64,000 nucleotides of DNA, from contig OX597816.1 in the NCBI GenBank assembly GCA_951406725.2, positions 37,758,001 through 37,822,000 on the forward strand. The letters run 5' to 3'. Numbering within the stretch: the first letter of the stretch is position 1; each line of letters begins with the position of its first letter. This document shows positions 53,938 to 63,119 of this stretch, piece by piece. A program made the translations under genes and the position numbers. The notes under the pieces were generated by a model. That model worked only from the letters and a program-made list of their open reading frames with translations, was not told the origin of the DNA and ran no database searches. Source of the DNA: Octopus vulgaris (Eukaryota).

Positions 53938-53997
<60 letters not shown>

Positions 53998-54448
53998 GCT
54001 CTCTTTTACTTGTTTCAGTCATTTGACTGTGGCCATGCTGGAGCACTGCCTTTAGTCGAACAAATCGGCCCCAGGACTTATTCTTTGTAAGCCTAGTATT
54101 TATTTTATCGGTCTCTTTTGCCGAACTGCAAAGTCACGGGGACGCAAACACACCAGCATCGACTGTCAAGTGATGTTGGGGGGGACAAACACAGACACAG
54201 AAACACACACACACATACATATATACGACGGGCTTCTTTCAGTTGGTCAGCCTGAGGCTATAGTAGAAGACACTTGCCCAAGGTGCCACACAGTGGGATT
54301 GAACCTAGAAACATGTGGGTGATAACCATGCTACTTACCACACAGCCACAACAATTTACAGCCAAGAAATATAGGTCAATTTTAACACCCAGAATTGAAT
54401 TTATAATTGTTCAATTTATTGTTTTGTCTTCCATTTTATATATATAAA

Positions 54449-54519
<71 letters not shown>

Positions 54520-54750
54520 TTGTATACTGTCAACTTAACGTGACAGTCCTGTAAGGGAATTACACCACCACTATTTAGTCCTAGGAAGCATCGACGCTTC
54601 CTGTCAGCCTTGACACATTGATGCTTCCTAGGGCTAAACAGCGGTGGTGTAATTCCCTTACAGGACTGTCACGTTAAGTTGACAGTATACAACCATTCTA
54701 TCGCTCCACCACTGCACATAACTCTATGAGATATTTAGAAATTTAATATT

Positions 54751-54807
<57 letters not shown>

Positions 54808-54955
54808 CAAAATGTGAGAAAGCAAAAGGTGGAGACATTCAGATGAGGAATTTTTAAGTATAAATATATAGATATTAATAGTAATATGTTCAACTTACAC
54901 AGAGTAAAAACTATAAAGAAAATTAAAGGGGCGGAAGAACATATATAAGTGTATA

Positions 54956-54989
<34 letters not shown>

Positions 54990-55207
54990 ATGATAAATAT
55001 CAGAGTGAGTTATCAACAGTAGCAGAAACACATCGTGATGTAAATATGCCATTTGAATATGGCTAACCCCTAAGGGTGGATGCTACTGTAGTTTTTAGCC
55101 CCAGGAAGACATCTCCTCCAGCTGGCTATAGACACACTTTCTGTGCCCTATCAGTATTTGCAAAGGGAAGCCATCCTTCCCATCTTCAACTTATGATACA
55201 CACGGAC

Positions 55208-55264
<57 letters not shown>

Positions 55265-55557
55265 TGTATATATCACCTGTATATCACACGCACACACACA
55301 CACATATATGTATACTCGTACATATATACAACACACACACATACATGAAACATAAATAACAGTGATAAGTCATAGTTTTTTAATATAAAAATATGAAATA
55401 GGAACATACCTGAGTGTATATTATCCAAATGACAACTGTAAAGATGATGTCAAATGTTGCAATCAAACAGAAGGTACGTCTGACGGGAGACATTTTGCCA
55501 TCAGGTCCCTCGGCCCCAACTTCAGCTTCGACACTGGTAGTTGCAAAATTAGACATA
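19088..55557 (-). CDS. STARD3: STARD3/MLN64 (late-endosomal sterol transfer protein, MENTAL + START), whole-gene span with 12 coding exons, about 440 aa
   Basis: Twelve GT-AG exons join in frame (147+81+78+54+121+117+80+162+96+185+94+108 = 1323 nt from the ATG at 55556). Contains the MENTAL motifs VRRTFCL, HWW and ETWFLDFKVLPQE and the START motifs RDFV and RGENG. An upstream exon (UTR or short coding) was not located. Confidence 0.93.
20640..20832 (+). mobile_element. RTE tail with inverted 5' duplication, nested in a tRNA-SINE
   Basis: About 75-bp inverted arms, then (GAT)n. Confidence 0.85.
20911..21139 (-). mobile_element. CR1/L2-type LINE 3' end with (TAT)n tail
   Basis: KLPASVVSCRSTASFK terminal motif followed by a short UTR. 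Confidence 0.65.
21270..22370 (+). mobile_element. Old RTE LINE 3' relic including a PHD-like remnant, interrupted by an RTE tail (21713-22087)
   Basis: WCTHCKLWVHK..., LEVDDKF.LLR, MLHWMCN, GTCGRGR...KTWEE. Confidence 0.7.
21713..22087 (+). mobile_element. RTE 3' tail copy
   Basis: Same UTR sequence, minisatellite units and (GAT)n. Confidence 0.88.
22482..22849 (-). mobile_element. SINE family A (internal microsatellite lost)
   Basis: Collinear copy about 66 nt past the STARD3 exon 11 donor. Confidence 0.88.
22916..23009 (-). CDS. STARD3: STARD3 coding exon 11 (RGENGAGGYLVEPLSTEPNKCKFYWFCNTNLK)
   Basis: 94 nt, phase 2/0, tttcAG acceptor and GTAAGA donor. Confidence 0.95.
23700..24135 (+). 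mobile_element. CR1-group LINE 3' end with (TAAC)n tail
   Basis: LSYEERLRTLDLYSLEKRR.RGDLI...LRGH...FSVRI...WNKLP...FK. Confidence 0.88.
25024..25208 (-). CDS. STARD3: STARD3 coding exon 10 (LIKPLSENCDISY...SRDFVVVR...PPVDKCVR)
   Basis: 185 nt, phase 0/2; RDFV START signature. Confidence 0.95.
26198..26293 (-). CDS. STARD3: STARD3 coding exon 9 (AVLNISAKELWEDLVFRTEDLSTWNPTILDSK)
   Basis: 96 nt, phase 0/0; START WN.T motif. Confidence 0.92.
26681..26900. mobile_element. piggyBac-type MITE (TTAA TSD)
   Basis: Same TIRs and body as 1753-1973. Confidence 0.9.
27030..27310 (+). mobile_element. 3' end of a different RTE-like LINE
   Basis: GPTGRRLMGRLRIRWWDNI...AASDRTLWR. Confidence 0.7.
28298..28459 (-). 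CDS. STARD3: STARD3 coding exon 8 (START N-terminal helix, MDLSYLKLG...KIFFLQ)
   Basis: 162 nt, phase 0/0, tttccAG acceptor and GTAAGA donor. Confidence 0.92.
29206..29577 (+). mobile_element. SINE family A
   Basis: Copy with a small deletion in the head. Confidence 0.88.
29836..30352 (+). mobile_element. SINE family A with four tandem head units
   Basis: An approximately 25-bp aggYgcaggagtggctgtgtgg unit occurs four times before the body. Confidence 0.9.
30380..30645. mobile_element. Short PLE-derived insertion: 60-bp perfect inverted repeat enclosing a hammerhead, between (TA)n tracts
   Basis: 30380-30439 is the reverse complement of 30556-30615; hammerhead at 30468-30521. Confidence 0.7.
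30468..30521 (-). ncRNA. Type I hammerhead ribozyme motif (PLE pLTR-like)
   Basis: Minus strand: AACCAC-CUGAAGA-a-UGUC..GACA-c-GAAAC-GAUC-GUA-GUAGUU. Intact core, palindromic stem III, stem I pairs 5 of 6 positions. Confidence 0.8.
30920..31993 (+). mobile_element. Internally deleted piggyBac transposon with PGBD4-like transposase remnant
   Basis: TTAA TSD; TIR CCCTTTCGTTAC; acidic N-terminus, DYFFLLF..LFEIITAETNRFA and WFPTTLNEIK. Confidence 0.88.
32280..32689 (-). mobile_element. SINE family A
   Basis: Full-length copy. Confidence 0.9.
33777..33856 (-). CDS. STARD3: STARD3 coding exon 7 (SSDEEPMEGTNKYSQAVNRQTLIDKTP)
   Basis: 80 nt, phase 1/0, which restores the frame; begins with SD acidic motif as in human GSD. 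Confidence 0.85.
34818..34934 (-). CDS. STARD3: STARD3 coding exon 6 (linker with ERTPLL and FFAT-like EFHSPID)
   Basis: 117 nt, phase 1/1, ctttAG acceptor and GTAAGT donor; RTLIPAVSERTPLLRGNNPENPDAISTTDEFHSPIDSPA. Confidence 0.9.
35116..35735 (-). mobile_element. Internally deleted Tc1/mariner element (DUF4817-type HTH)
   Basis: TIRs CAGG(A/G)TGTTCAAAAAGTCTCT at both ends; TA on the left; F..TGSVED..RSGRP motif. Confidence 0.88.
35810..38394 (-). mobile_element. Young 5'-truncated RTE-clade LINE (RT domain, 3' UTR, (GAT)n tail) inserted in (TA)n
   Basis: 539-aa ORF 38324-36705 with KAPGP, YRGFKL, QFGF, FVDMEKAFD, GVHQGS, LYADD and FRYLG. The frame continues past two nonsense codons (LHWYGHVARM...RGRGRPRKT) to about 36486. 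Confidence 0.95.
35979..36320. repeat. About 62-bp tandem minisatellite in the RTE 3' UTR (5-6 units)
   Basis: Unit tatgtgccaccgacacaggtgccagacgaggctggcagacggccacgctcggatggtgtttt recurs at 35979, 36041, 36103, 36180 and, degenerate, at 36243 and 36310. Confidence 0.9.
38489..38653. repeat. Imperfect 51-bp inverted repeat
   Basis: The arms differ almost only by transitions. Confidence 0.75.
38823..39160. repeat. MITE-like inverted repeat (about 120-bp arms) between (TA)n tracts
   Basis: tataattaagggcatagaaaa...gcaagccc is mirrored by gggcttgc...tctatgcccttaattata. Confidence 0.8.
39576..39696 (-). CDS. STARD3: STARD3 coding exon 5 (FNYASNSLTYALLLVSFVICWIETWFLDFKVLPQEKRYLL)
   Basis: 121 nt, phase 0/1; invariant ETWFLDFKVLPQE MENTAL signature. 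Confidence 0.95.
39790..40068 (-). mobile_element. Short non-coding hammerhead-bearing element between (TA)n tracts (PLE pLTR-like)
   Basis: (TA)n on both sides; contains the 39913-39976 hammerhead. Confidence 0.55.
39913..39976 (-). ncRNA. Type I hammerhead ribozyme motif
   Basis: Minus strand: GUUGCA-CUGAUGA-(acaUAGAAUgcauAUUCUGcauuaauugc)-GAAAUCA-cagg-UGAUA-UGUAAC. 6-bp stem I, intact core, AUA cleavage triplet. Confidence 0.75.
40330..41109 (+). mobile_element. Helitron relic with RepHel N-terminal remnant
   Basis: C..CRALKF..E..GMCC..G/S.V.LP...FLNNIRQYNSAFQMT..G motif; 3' end CCCAAGCAATGCCGGG...CTAG|T. Confidence 0.82.
42502..44263 (+). mobile_element. Degenerate mariner (Mos1-like) transposon split by SINEs
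   Basis: ARNICSIYG..Q.WF, HNNARP and PPYS..LAPSDYHLFRSL; imperfect TIRs TAGGTT.GA.....CACATTTC at both ends. Confidence 0.8.
42594..43012 (-). mobile_element. SINE family A nested in a mariner relic
   Basis: Full-length copy. Confidence 0.9.
45188..45241 (-). CDS. STARD3: STARD3 coding exon 4 (IATFLTCTFLIAKCLVFD)
   Basis: 54 nt, tttcAG acceptor and GTAAGT donor; transmembrane segment with FLI.K motif. Confidence 0.9.
45907..46126. mobile_element. Second TTAA-flanked MITE family (CCCTTTAG... TIR)
   Basis: ttaaccctttag...ctaaagggttaa. Related copies at about 16836-17015, 28493-28714 and 47742-47946. Confidence 0.8.
47375..47452 (-). CDS. STARD3: STARD3 coding exon 3 (MSAAVRFVLLILAYALFRIRHWWMVA)
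   Basis: 78 nt, AG acceptor and GTAAGT donor; RF..L...YA..R.RHWW motif. Confidence 0.93.
48174..48988 (+). mobile_element. Non-autonomous Helitron (second family)
   Basis: A|TCTATATATATAAA start; GCCGGGCAATACTGCTAG|T end. Confidence 0.75.
49108..49410 (+). mobile_element. RTE 3' end, divergent subfamily
   Basis: ORF end (EAMTNDRNL...AVLEK) plus the conserved tail. Confidence 0.75.
49555..50010 (-). mobile_element. Two tandem SINE family C-related copies
   Basis: Same head and central domain. Confidence 0.75.
50110..50475 (-). mobile_element. RTE 3' tail copy
   Basis: (CAT)n plus conserved UTR. Confidence 0.85.
50630..50710 (-). CDS. STARD3: STARD3 coding exon 2 (ILSASNTDSYKNEVLNYDIHYSMFDIV)
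   Basis: tctgttttAG acceptor and GTGAGT donor; 81 nt, phase 0/0; MENTAL Y...SxFDI motif. Confidence 0.9.
50833..50992. mobile_element. hAT-type MITE
   Basis: Imperfect TIR CAGGCCTGT / ACAGGCGTG; 8-bp TSD ATTATATG / TTTATATG. Confidence 0.6.
51532..51714 (-). mobile_element. Inverted pLTR copy of the Neptune-type element
   Basis: Near reverse complement of 53750-53930; flanked by (TA)n. Confidence 0.85.
51614..51656 (-). ncRNA. Minimal hammerhead-like motif with variant core in inverted pLTR
   Basis: CUUU-CUGUAGA-a-GAGC-guag-GCUC-GAAAC-GUA-AAAG. The core has U in place of A6. Confidence 0.6.
51740..52135 (-). mobile_element. Second PLE-like pLTR fragment carrying a hammerhead
   Basis: Non-coding segment after (TA)n containing the 51942-51995 hammerhead; no similarity seen to the Neptune pLTR. 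Confidence 0.5.
51942..51995 (-). ncRNA. Type I hammerhead ribozyme motif
   Basis: Minus strand: GUCU-CUGAUGA-a-GGGAUAU-cccug-AUGUCCC-a-GAAAC-AGCU-GUA-AGAC. Intact core and palindromic stem III (ACAGCUGU). Confidence 0.82.
52145..53940 (+). mobile_element. Penelope-like element (Neptune-type), 5'-truncated: RT C-terminus, GIY-YIG endonuclease, long C-rich 3' region and pLTR
   Basis: Frameshifted ORFs give FHPALHFT...HYKHIDSHSYLNFSSSHP...IPYSQF, then CSRPRCRTC, FTCTSSNIIYCISC..C..LYI.QTGR.L..RF.EH and FGLN. The pLTR (53750-53940) ends in (TA)n. Confidence 0.9.
53812..53849 (+). ncRNA. Minimal hammerhead-like motif with variant core in 3' pLTR of the Neptune-type element
   Basis: UCUUU-CUGUAGA-a-GAGC-guag-GCUC-GAAAC-AUA-AAAGA. 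Same variant as 51614-51656, with stem III additionally mutated. Confidence 0.55.
53999..54350 (-). mobile_element. SINE family A
   Basis: Copy with an internal deletion. Confidence 0.85.
54514..54699. repeat. About 80-bp-arm hairpin element next to (TA)n(GA)n
   Basis: tggttgtatactgtcaacttaacgtgacagtcctgtaagggaattacaccacc... is mirrored downstream. Confidence 0.85.
55410..55557 (-). CDS. STARD3: STARD3 coding exon 1 (MSNFATTSVEAEVGAEGPDGKMSPVRRTFCLIATFDIIFTVVIWIIYTQ)
   Basis: ttcttccAG acceptor, ATG at 55556, GTATGT donor. Start of the MENTAL domain. Confidence 0.92.
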
Positions 55558-57090
55558 CTGGAAGAAAACATTTTTGAATTAGCCATTATAATTACTGAAC
55601 TCAGAGTTGGCAAGCTGGCAGAATCGTTAACATGCTAGACAAAATGTTAGTGCTATTTCTTCTAGCTTTGTGTTGGGAGTTCAAATTCCACTGAGGTCAG
55701 CTTGGTGGTGTCATTTTTCTGGGATCAATGAAATAAGTACCAATTAAGTATTGTTGATAATGAAGATGAAATCAACTGGCCTGCTACCATAAAATTTCAG
55801 CGAATTGTTAACATGTTGGACAAAATGCCTTGCTGTATTCGTTTTGGCTCGTTATATTCTGAGTGTAAATCCTGCCGAGGTCAACCTCACTTGTTTGTCA
55901 TCCCTCGAGAGTTGATAAGATAAAAATATCAATCACGTACAGGGGTCAATAACACTGATCAACCTCCTGCTCTCAAAATGTCAGGCCATGTGCCTACATT
56001 AGAAGCAATTATTACACTGGATTTCGACCATACATTTATGTTTCATGTAGCATAAATATATCGACAAAGTGTTATTAATGGGTGTCAATTTTCTTAACAA
56101 TGTGAATGCTGGGTGTTGATGTACTTTATACTTGTAAACACAAGGCTATATATTTTAAGTTGAGTTGTCATCTTTGACTGGGACCTAATTCATAATCACT
56201 GATAAGATGAAAAACAAAAGAAAAAAAAAACAAACAAAAACTGATATAATTTAGACAAGAAATGTGAAGTCACATGATCAAATACTACAAAGTAATTGTT
56301 TGGACATTCTACTCATAATGATTCTTTCAAGTTTCGGCAGAAAGCTGGCAATTTCAGGTAAGGGAGTTTGTTGATTACATCAATCCTAGAATTTGACCGA
56401 TATACCTTATTTTATTGACCTTGAAAGGATGAAAGACAAAAATCAAGCATGACGGAACTTGAACTCAGAATGTAAAGACCTGGAAGAAATGTCACTAAGC
56501 ATTTTGTCCAACTCACATTTCTGCCAGCTTGCAGCAGCAACAACAGTAACAACAACAACAACGATGATGACAACGACGGTGATGATGATGTTTTCTTTAA
56601 ACAAATATAGCAACGATAACAACGACAACACTAATTAGCAGCAATTTTATCATAAACGTTTTGATGAGTATTCTCTGTATTTTTGTATATTAAATCTAAA
56701 TCTAAATCAAATTTTCCTTATCAGACTTAATTTTCTTGTGATACAATGGTCCTATTATCTTCATTTAGCATACTTACCAAATAAAAATAAATAATATATC
56801 AATTAATATTTATTTTCCCACTAGTGATATAAAATCAATTTCAAAAATTATTTCCTTGCTTGTGATATAAATAAGATTGCATTTTGCACCAAAAAGCCAA
56901 TATGAGAGTTTCCTCATGGTAACTACCACAGTATAGTTTGTTCTAACAGAACATCCACATTTAAGTGGGGATAAATATCACCTCTCAGTATTAACACTGT
57001 CACTGTAGCTAATATATATATATATATTTTTATTACAACTTTTATTGAAGATTTTAAAATATATATTAAATATATGTTTTTTCAAAAAGT

Positions 57091-57335
57091 GGAAGCACGT
57101 GGCTTAGTGGTTAGGGTGTCAGCACCATGATCGTAAGATTGTGGTTTTGATTCCTGGACAGGGCGACGCGCTGTGTTCTTGGGCAAAACACTTCATTTCA
57201 CGTTGCTCCAGTCCACTCAGCTGGCAAAAATGAGTAATGCTGCGATGGACTGGCGTCCCGTCCAGCTGGTGAACACATACGCCATAGAAACCAGGAAACC
57301 GGGCCCATGAGCCTGGCTAGGCTTTAAAAAAAGGG
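57091..57335 (+). mobile_element. SINE family D-related
   Basis: A and B boxes plus the shared core. Confidence 0.75.
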
Positions 57336-57619
57336 CGCATTTATTTATTTTATTATATGTATTAAAAAGTATCCAGTTCACACTGTAAAGTGGTTGGCAT
57401 TTGGAAGGGAATCCAGCTGTAAAAACTGTTCCAAAACAGACCTCACCAGTGCTGGAGCTAGGTAAAAAGTACTGGCCACTCTGTAAGATGACTGGTGTTA
57501 GGAAGAGCATCCAGGACATAAGAAATCATGCCAAAATAGACAGTGAAGACTGGTGCAGTCTTCTGGCTTGCTAGCTCCTGTCAAACCATCCAACCTATGC
57601 TAGCATGGATGAAGATGAT

Positions 57620-57665
<46 letters not shown>

Positions 57666-57786
57666 CCTGCTTGCTTAGCCAGCGGGGTGGCGTCATTTGA
57701 AGGCTAAAACAGTGCGAAGCACATTGTGACCAGCGATGTGTACCAACATCTGATAGCCTGGTCAGTCACGGTGATATATATATATA

Positions 57787-58179
57787 CTAGCAGTATCGCC
57801 CGGTGTTGCTCGGGTTTGTAAGGGAAATAACTATATAAGCATTTTTAGAGAGTTATAGCCAAAAAATAGAAAAAACATGCATTAAAAATGGGGAAAAAAT
57901 TATGTTAAATTTTTTTTTAAATCGTTGACTCATCGTAGACATTTTTAGAGAGTTACTTCCCTTATATAATAGCGGAAAAAATGCATTAAAATGGAAAAAA
58001 ATGGTAAATTTTTTTTTAAATCGTAGACTCATCGTAGACGCGCGCTAATACCCAGAAGGGCTCGATATAAACCACGACTATAAGATACCCGGTTTTGGTT
58101 AAACTGCACTGCAAAATGTGGGAGTAGTTAGGAATCTAAATCGTAGGAGACAGACACACAACCTCTCTTTTATATATAA

Positions 58180-58182
<3 letters not shown>
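57787..58182 (-). mobile_element. Non-autonomous Helitron, complete
   Basis: A|TC...hairpin...CTAG|T termini on the minus strand. Confidence 0.85.
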
Positions 58183-58223
<41 letters not shown>

Positions 58224-58744
58224 GTACAGGGTGTGATGGGTAAATAGTCGCCATTTTATATTTTTTATTTCACACATGTGCATTGTTATTGATTTTGTCA
58301 ACTACACAGTATAGTAGGCTCAGTTGGGCACCATCTGCCAGAAATTTGGAAATGACGTGCTGTACTGCTTGGTATTCATGCCAGGAGCTCTAATACGAAC
58401 ATGTGGTCAACACATAGAACAACTGTTGGCTTGTAAAGGTGTTTCTGCTGAATTATCCTACATAGTAACCCACACCTACTGGAGACTGTTTTTTTGTTGA
58501 CATTTTATTGTTTTACATTTTGTTCATGTCCCATATTTTCTGTGTATATATATATACCACCATTATATTGCTCCCCCGCCCTTGTACTATCCCCTAATAT
58601 CTTGGGACCTTAATGTTGGACCAGTAAGGGAAATTATTATTATTAAGATAGCAAGCTGGCAGAATTATTAGTACCCTGGGTGAAACGCTTTGCAGCATTT
58701 TATCTATCTTTATGTTCTGAGTTCTAATTCTGCCGAGGTTGACA

Positions 58745-61700
58745 GTATTGATCTAAGCATGGGAAGATGCATTTTGTTTTTTTAATTTTGATTTGATTAC
58801 ACATATACTACTGAAAAACCATTCAACTTCTGCATTTGAGTTTGGCAATGTCAATAGATTAATGGCAAAATTTGCAACATCTCTAAAAGGATTCCTCTAG
58901 AAGCATCTTTATATTTCAAGACTTTCAGCCAGAATGCCTCAGTATTAGACGGATTTGTCCATTTAACTAAACAAATGCTATTAAACTGAATTTCAATTAA
59001 AGCAATTTTTTTTTCATTTAAATGCATTGCTTCTAAGACAGGTAAAATTGGCTCTTTGAAATGCTGCAAAATATTCTCTACTGAAAAACATTTAATATTC
59101 CTCAGTATATTATTTTCTGGCAAACGGTGTTTGAGCTCTTTATAAAGGCAGAGTAAAAATTGTTGTGCTCTTTTGCAAATATTATTTTCTTCTGTGGCTG
59201 TTACAGTCTTCTTGATAATCATTTCTGCTATCTTTCTCTTGAACCTGTAGCTTAAATTTGGTTTAGGATCCAGAAATTTTTCAAAAGAAGCATCCAGATC
59301 AATTCTACATGTTGGCAACACTATCATATTGGCAACAGATTTGATCGAATTTGAAAGATCTTCAAGTAATTTTGTTTTGTCGACTGTTTGATTCAAACAG
59401 TTTATTCACTTCCTGAACATGTTTTAAAATTGGATGCAAAAATAAAAGGTAAAGGTCATTCCTAGAATCACAAAACATTTCATGTAACGTTTGTGCTGTA
59501 AAGCATTTTTCTTTTGTAGTTGTAGTTTGGAAGTGAGTTTGCAATTCAAACCATTGGCTTAAAATTCTATTTACAGCTGGTTCTATTGACAGCCACCTAG
59601 TTGTGCAAGAATTCACAATCTTCAAAGGCTCTTTATCATTGATAGCAAGCTAAAGTTGTTTGTAGGTACTTTGTCTTGTTGAAGAATGCGAGGACCATTT
59701 ATAGGTTTTGGATACTGAAACTTCTAAATTTATGGGCAAGCATTCGGCACAAGTGTGGGATACTGCCAAATGTAAAGAATGACATACACATCTAAATAGA
59801 AGCAATGATGGAACTTCTTTTAATTTCTGGAAAACACCATTGTTGACTCCTATCATTACTGTAGGTATCTATAGCCAGTATTTTTTTTATATCTAATTTC
59901 TTTTTCACTAATTCAATTTTTAAGGCATCTACAATGGCATCTGCATCACATGTTTCTAAGGATACCATACTGAGATATGTATGTACCACTTTTTTATGAG
60001 TGTCACTATTAAGCCCTAACAACTTGTTTATCAATATATCATTGGATTCATCTAATAACAGACTAAATTTTCTATCTCCTATATGAGAAATCAAATCTCC
60101 ATCAAAATATGGAGCTAGAACATTTCTCACAATATTTTCACGTTTTGTACAATGCAACTTCACTTTGGACATAACATCACTATCAGAGATATAATTCTTA
60201 CATAACTCTATTAAGTGTACCACAGCCATTAAATGATAAGTTGCAACAAATAAACATGGCTAAATTTGCTTCAAGCATAGATGTCTTATCATTTTTTGGT
60301 TTTACTAAAATTGGTAAGAGGAATTATTTACTGTGGAGTTGATGCCTTATGTTTCTTTGCTTCACAGTGACTTACTAAAAGAGAATATTTTGCCAACATA
60401 TTACATCTACCAGAAAGCAGAACCAAAATTGAAGTCGATCAAAATCAGTGGGAATTGCAGCTGTGGTTAAGCGAACCATCCGAGTGGCCGTTTGCCAGCT
60501 CTGTCTGGCCCCCGTGTCGGTGACACGTAAAAGCACCATCCATTCGTGGCCGTTTGCCAGCTCTGTCTGGCACCTGTGCGGGTGGCACGTAAAAAGCACC
60601 CACTACACTCACAGAGTGGTTGGCGTTAGGAAGGGCATCCAGCCGTAGAAACACTGCCAGATCTGACTGGGCCTGATGAAGCCTACCAGCTTCACAGACC
60701 CCAGTTGAACTGTCCAACCCATGCTAGCATGGAAAACGGATGCTAAATGATGATGATGATGATGATGATGAATATCTGCAATGTGCTTTAGATTGGTTAC
60801 TAGGTACTTCACACAACCACTTTGTAAACGCTGGCATCTTAAGCCATTCCTTTTGGAATTTTTGCTGGTACAACTTTGTTTTTTCTTTGCTCATTATAAT
60901 GTAGTGGAAAGCAAGAAAATAAATTGAATGATTAATAAAAATATAAAATTGAAAATACAATTTATCAGTTTGCTGCTAACAGTTCTTTCTTTCGTCATTA
61001 ACAATTCTTATGTTTGCTGCTTACAAATTCTTGAGGTGAAGAATACTGATTCAGGATACAGGGTAGTCAACTTATAAACGGAAAAGTAAAATCTGCAGAA
61101 ATCCTAAAACTCTGTCCAGTTATAAACCTGGGAAACATCATATTTCACTTCCAATCTTACGTTTAATATCTATTGGTAAAACCACAAATATAACTACAAT
61201 ACTTGAAAAAAAAAGTAAGTAGAAATATTAAGGGGGAGACTCTGTCACCCCCCCCCCCCAACATACACTTCTATACAAGACATATAATCCAAAGCAAGCA
61301 TGAAAAAACAAAGGCCTATTTTAAAACAGTCAACCTGTCATGATAAAAACTCATCACTACAGAATAAAGCATTGTTAGGATGAATTTCCATGCTTTCATT
61401 CTTTGCAACATATTTACATTATTGTGTAGTGAGTTCAGGTGCTGACATGAGTTATCTTCTCCCCACTCCTCCACCAGCACCACTCTGTATCCAAGCCGGT
61501 GGGGGGTGGGGCTGGAAAAGTTCATAACTTGATAAACTTCCTTTTGATAAACTTTCATTTGAAGTTTCAAGAAAGTGGAAGAAAATTTCAACAATAGGCG
61601 ATAGTACTAAAATTTGGCTGTAATATACATTAACAAAAGTAGAAAAGGAGAAAAAAGCGTAACTATTGTGGAAAGCTAGATTCAAAAATTTTCTAAATGC

Positions 61701-61752
61701 TGAAGAAAAAAATGCTAGATCTAGCATAAAATATGCTAAATTGGCAATCCTA
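58745..61752 (-). mobile_element. Degenerate hAT transposon (ZNF862-like transposase)
   Basis: Frameshifted YQQKF..EW...W...HCRY, FSLLLDES.D, RCVCHSLHLAVS, TRWLSIEPAV.RIL.QW and LPNSNAEVE.FFS. Candidate terminus TAGGATTGCCAA at 61752. The other end was not found. Confidence 0.85.
60418..60771 (+). mobile_element. RTE 3' tail inserted into the hAT transposase zinc finger
   Basis: Conserved UTR and (GAT)n; splits HCRY from the downstream H...H residues. Confidence 0.88.
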
Positions 61753-63119
61753 GATCATCCATGGGTTTATACAAAGCAAAATAAATTAGAGAATCTTTTG
61801 TATGTGTTAGTTTTTAAATGATAAATGTCTACAATATATTTCAGGGGACATTTTTTTCAATGAAGAACAAATTTATGCCAGCTCATTCAAGCAGGAAAAT
61901 TTTTTTTTTTCAAGTAAATTTGCTAGAAAAATTTCCAATTTTTTCAGTAAATGCTTTCAATATTGTTTAATAATCAACTTACAGTAACATAAGTTTCTAA
62001 TACAGACTCAATGACCTCCTCAATAATTGTATAACTGATATGGCTGTCACAATCGAAGATGACTTAGTAGCCTGTACAAACATTTCACTAACTGTTTAAA
62101 CATACACAGACACTATCTCTCCCACTCTTGACCCAGCAGAACATTCAGGATGTGACAAGTGGGAGAAGAGAGGGAACAGTACCAGTACCAGGCTGACATT
62201 TTATTTATCATCACCAAAAAGACAAAGCTATCTGTGGTAGGATTTGAACCTAGAGCAAAGAGAGATGGAACGAATATGACCACATATTCTATCAAATGCT
62301 CTAATGACAGCCAAATGATTAAATTAACTGAATAATTATAATCAATTCTTGCAATAATTTTTACAAAATATCTAAATTAGGTTGCAGCTCATAATTAGTT
62401 CCCAATTTTTTTAAACAGTTTTATTAGCTTTATATTTGGATGCTTTCAGTGTAAATTACTAAGCACCCTTGAAGGATTTAAAGTTTCATTTGAAAGAGTG
62501 TTATTATATAAAAGATACATAGGTTTCAAACTCATAAGGTAGGAATGCATTCACAATAGTATTCAACAGCACATTTTTGTGTTCCACTTGACATAGCTAA
62601 GAGCTCTTTGCATGTAATTACACTAAAAAGAAATTGACAATGACAACATATTTAAAAATATCTAAAATTTGAAGAACCGGTAATATGTGTAATCAGAAAT
62701 GTTGTGGGGTTGTTATACAAAACCACCAATTTCAAATGCACAGTTACTCTTGTTTTGACTCAAGTTTCAACTAGAACTACAGAACTTTCTAACTTAGCAT
62801 AATAGGCCAGGTCATTGTACATTAAATTTTGTTAAGAACGGGTTATGCAAGATTTCAATACAATCATGTACATCATCAGGCTACATTTTTTCAATAAAAA
62901 ATATTAATGATACTAGTTTGGTAGTTAAGAAATATTAACCCTTTCATTACCAACCCGGCTGAAGCTGACTCTGGCTCTGAGTGCAAATGTCTTGTTTTCA
63001 TAAGTTTTTAATTAAAATCTTCCACCAAACCTTGTTTCAATTCTAAGGGAAGGGGGTCAAGTCAGTTATATTGACCACACACACACAAAGTACTTGACTG
63101 GTACTTTATTTCATCAATG

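Noticed and set aside
61316-61727. Candidate upstream STARD3 exon
   Set aside because: No supportable splice sites or homology; lies within the presumed hAT 5' region.
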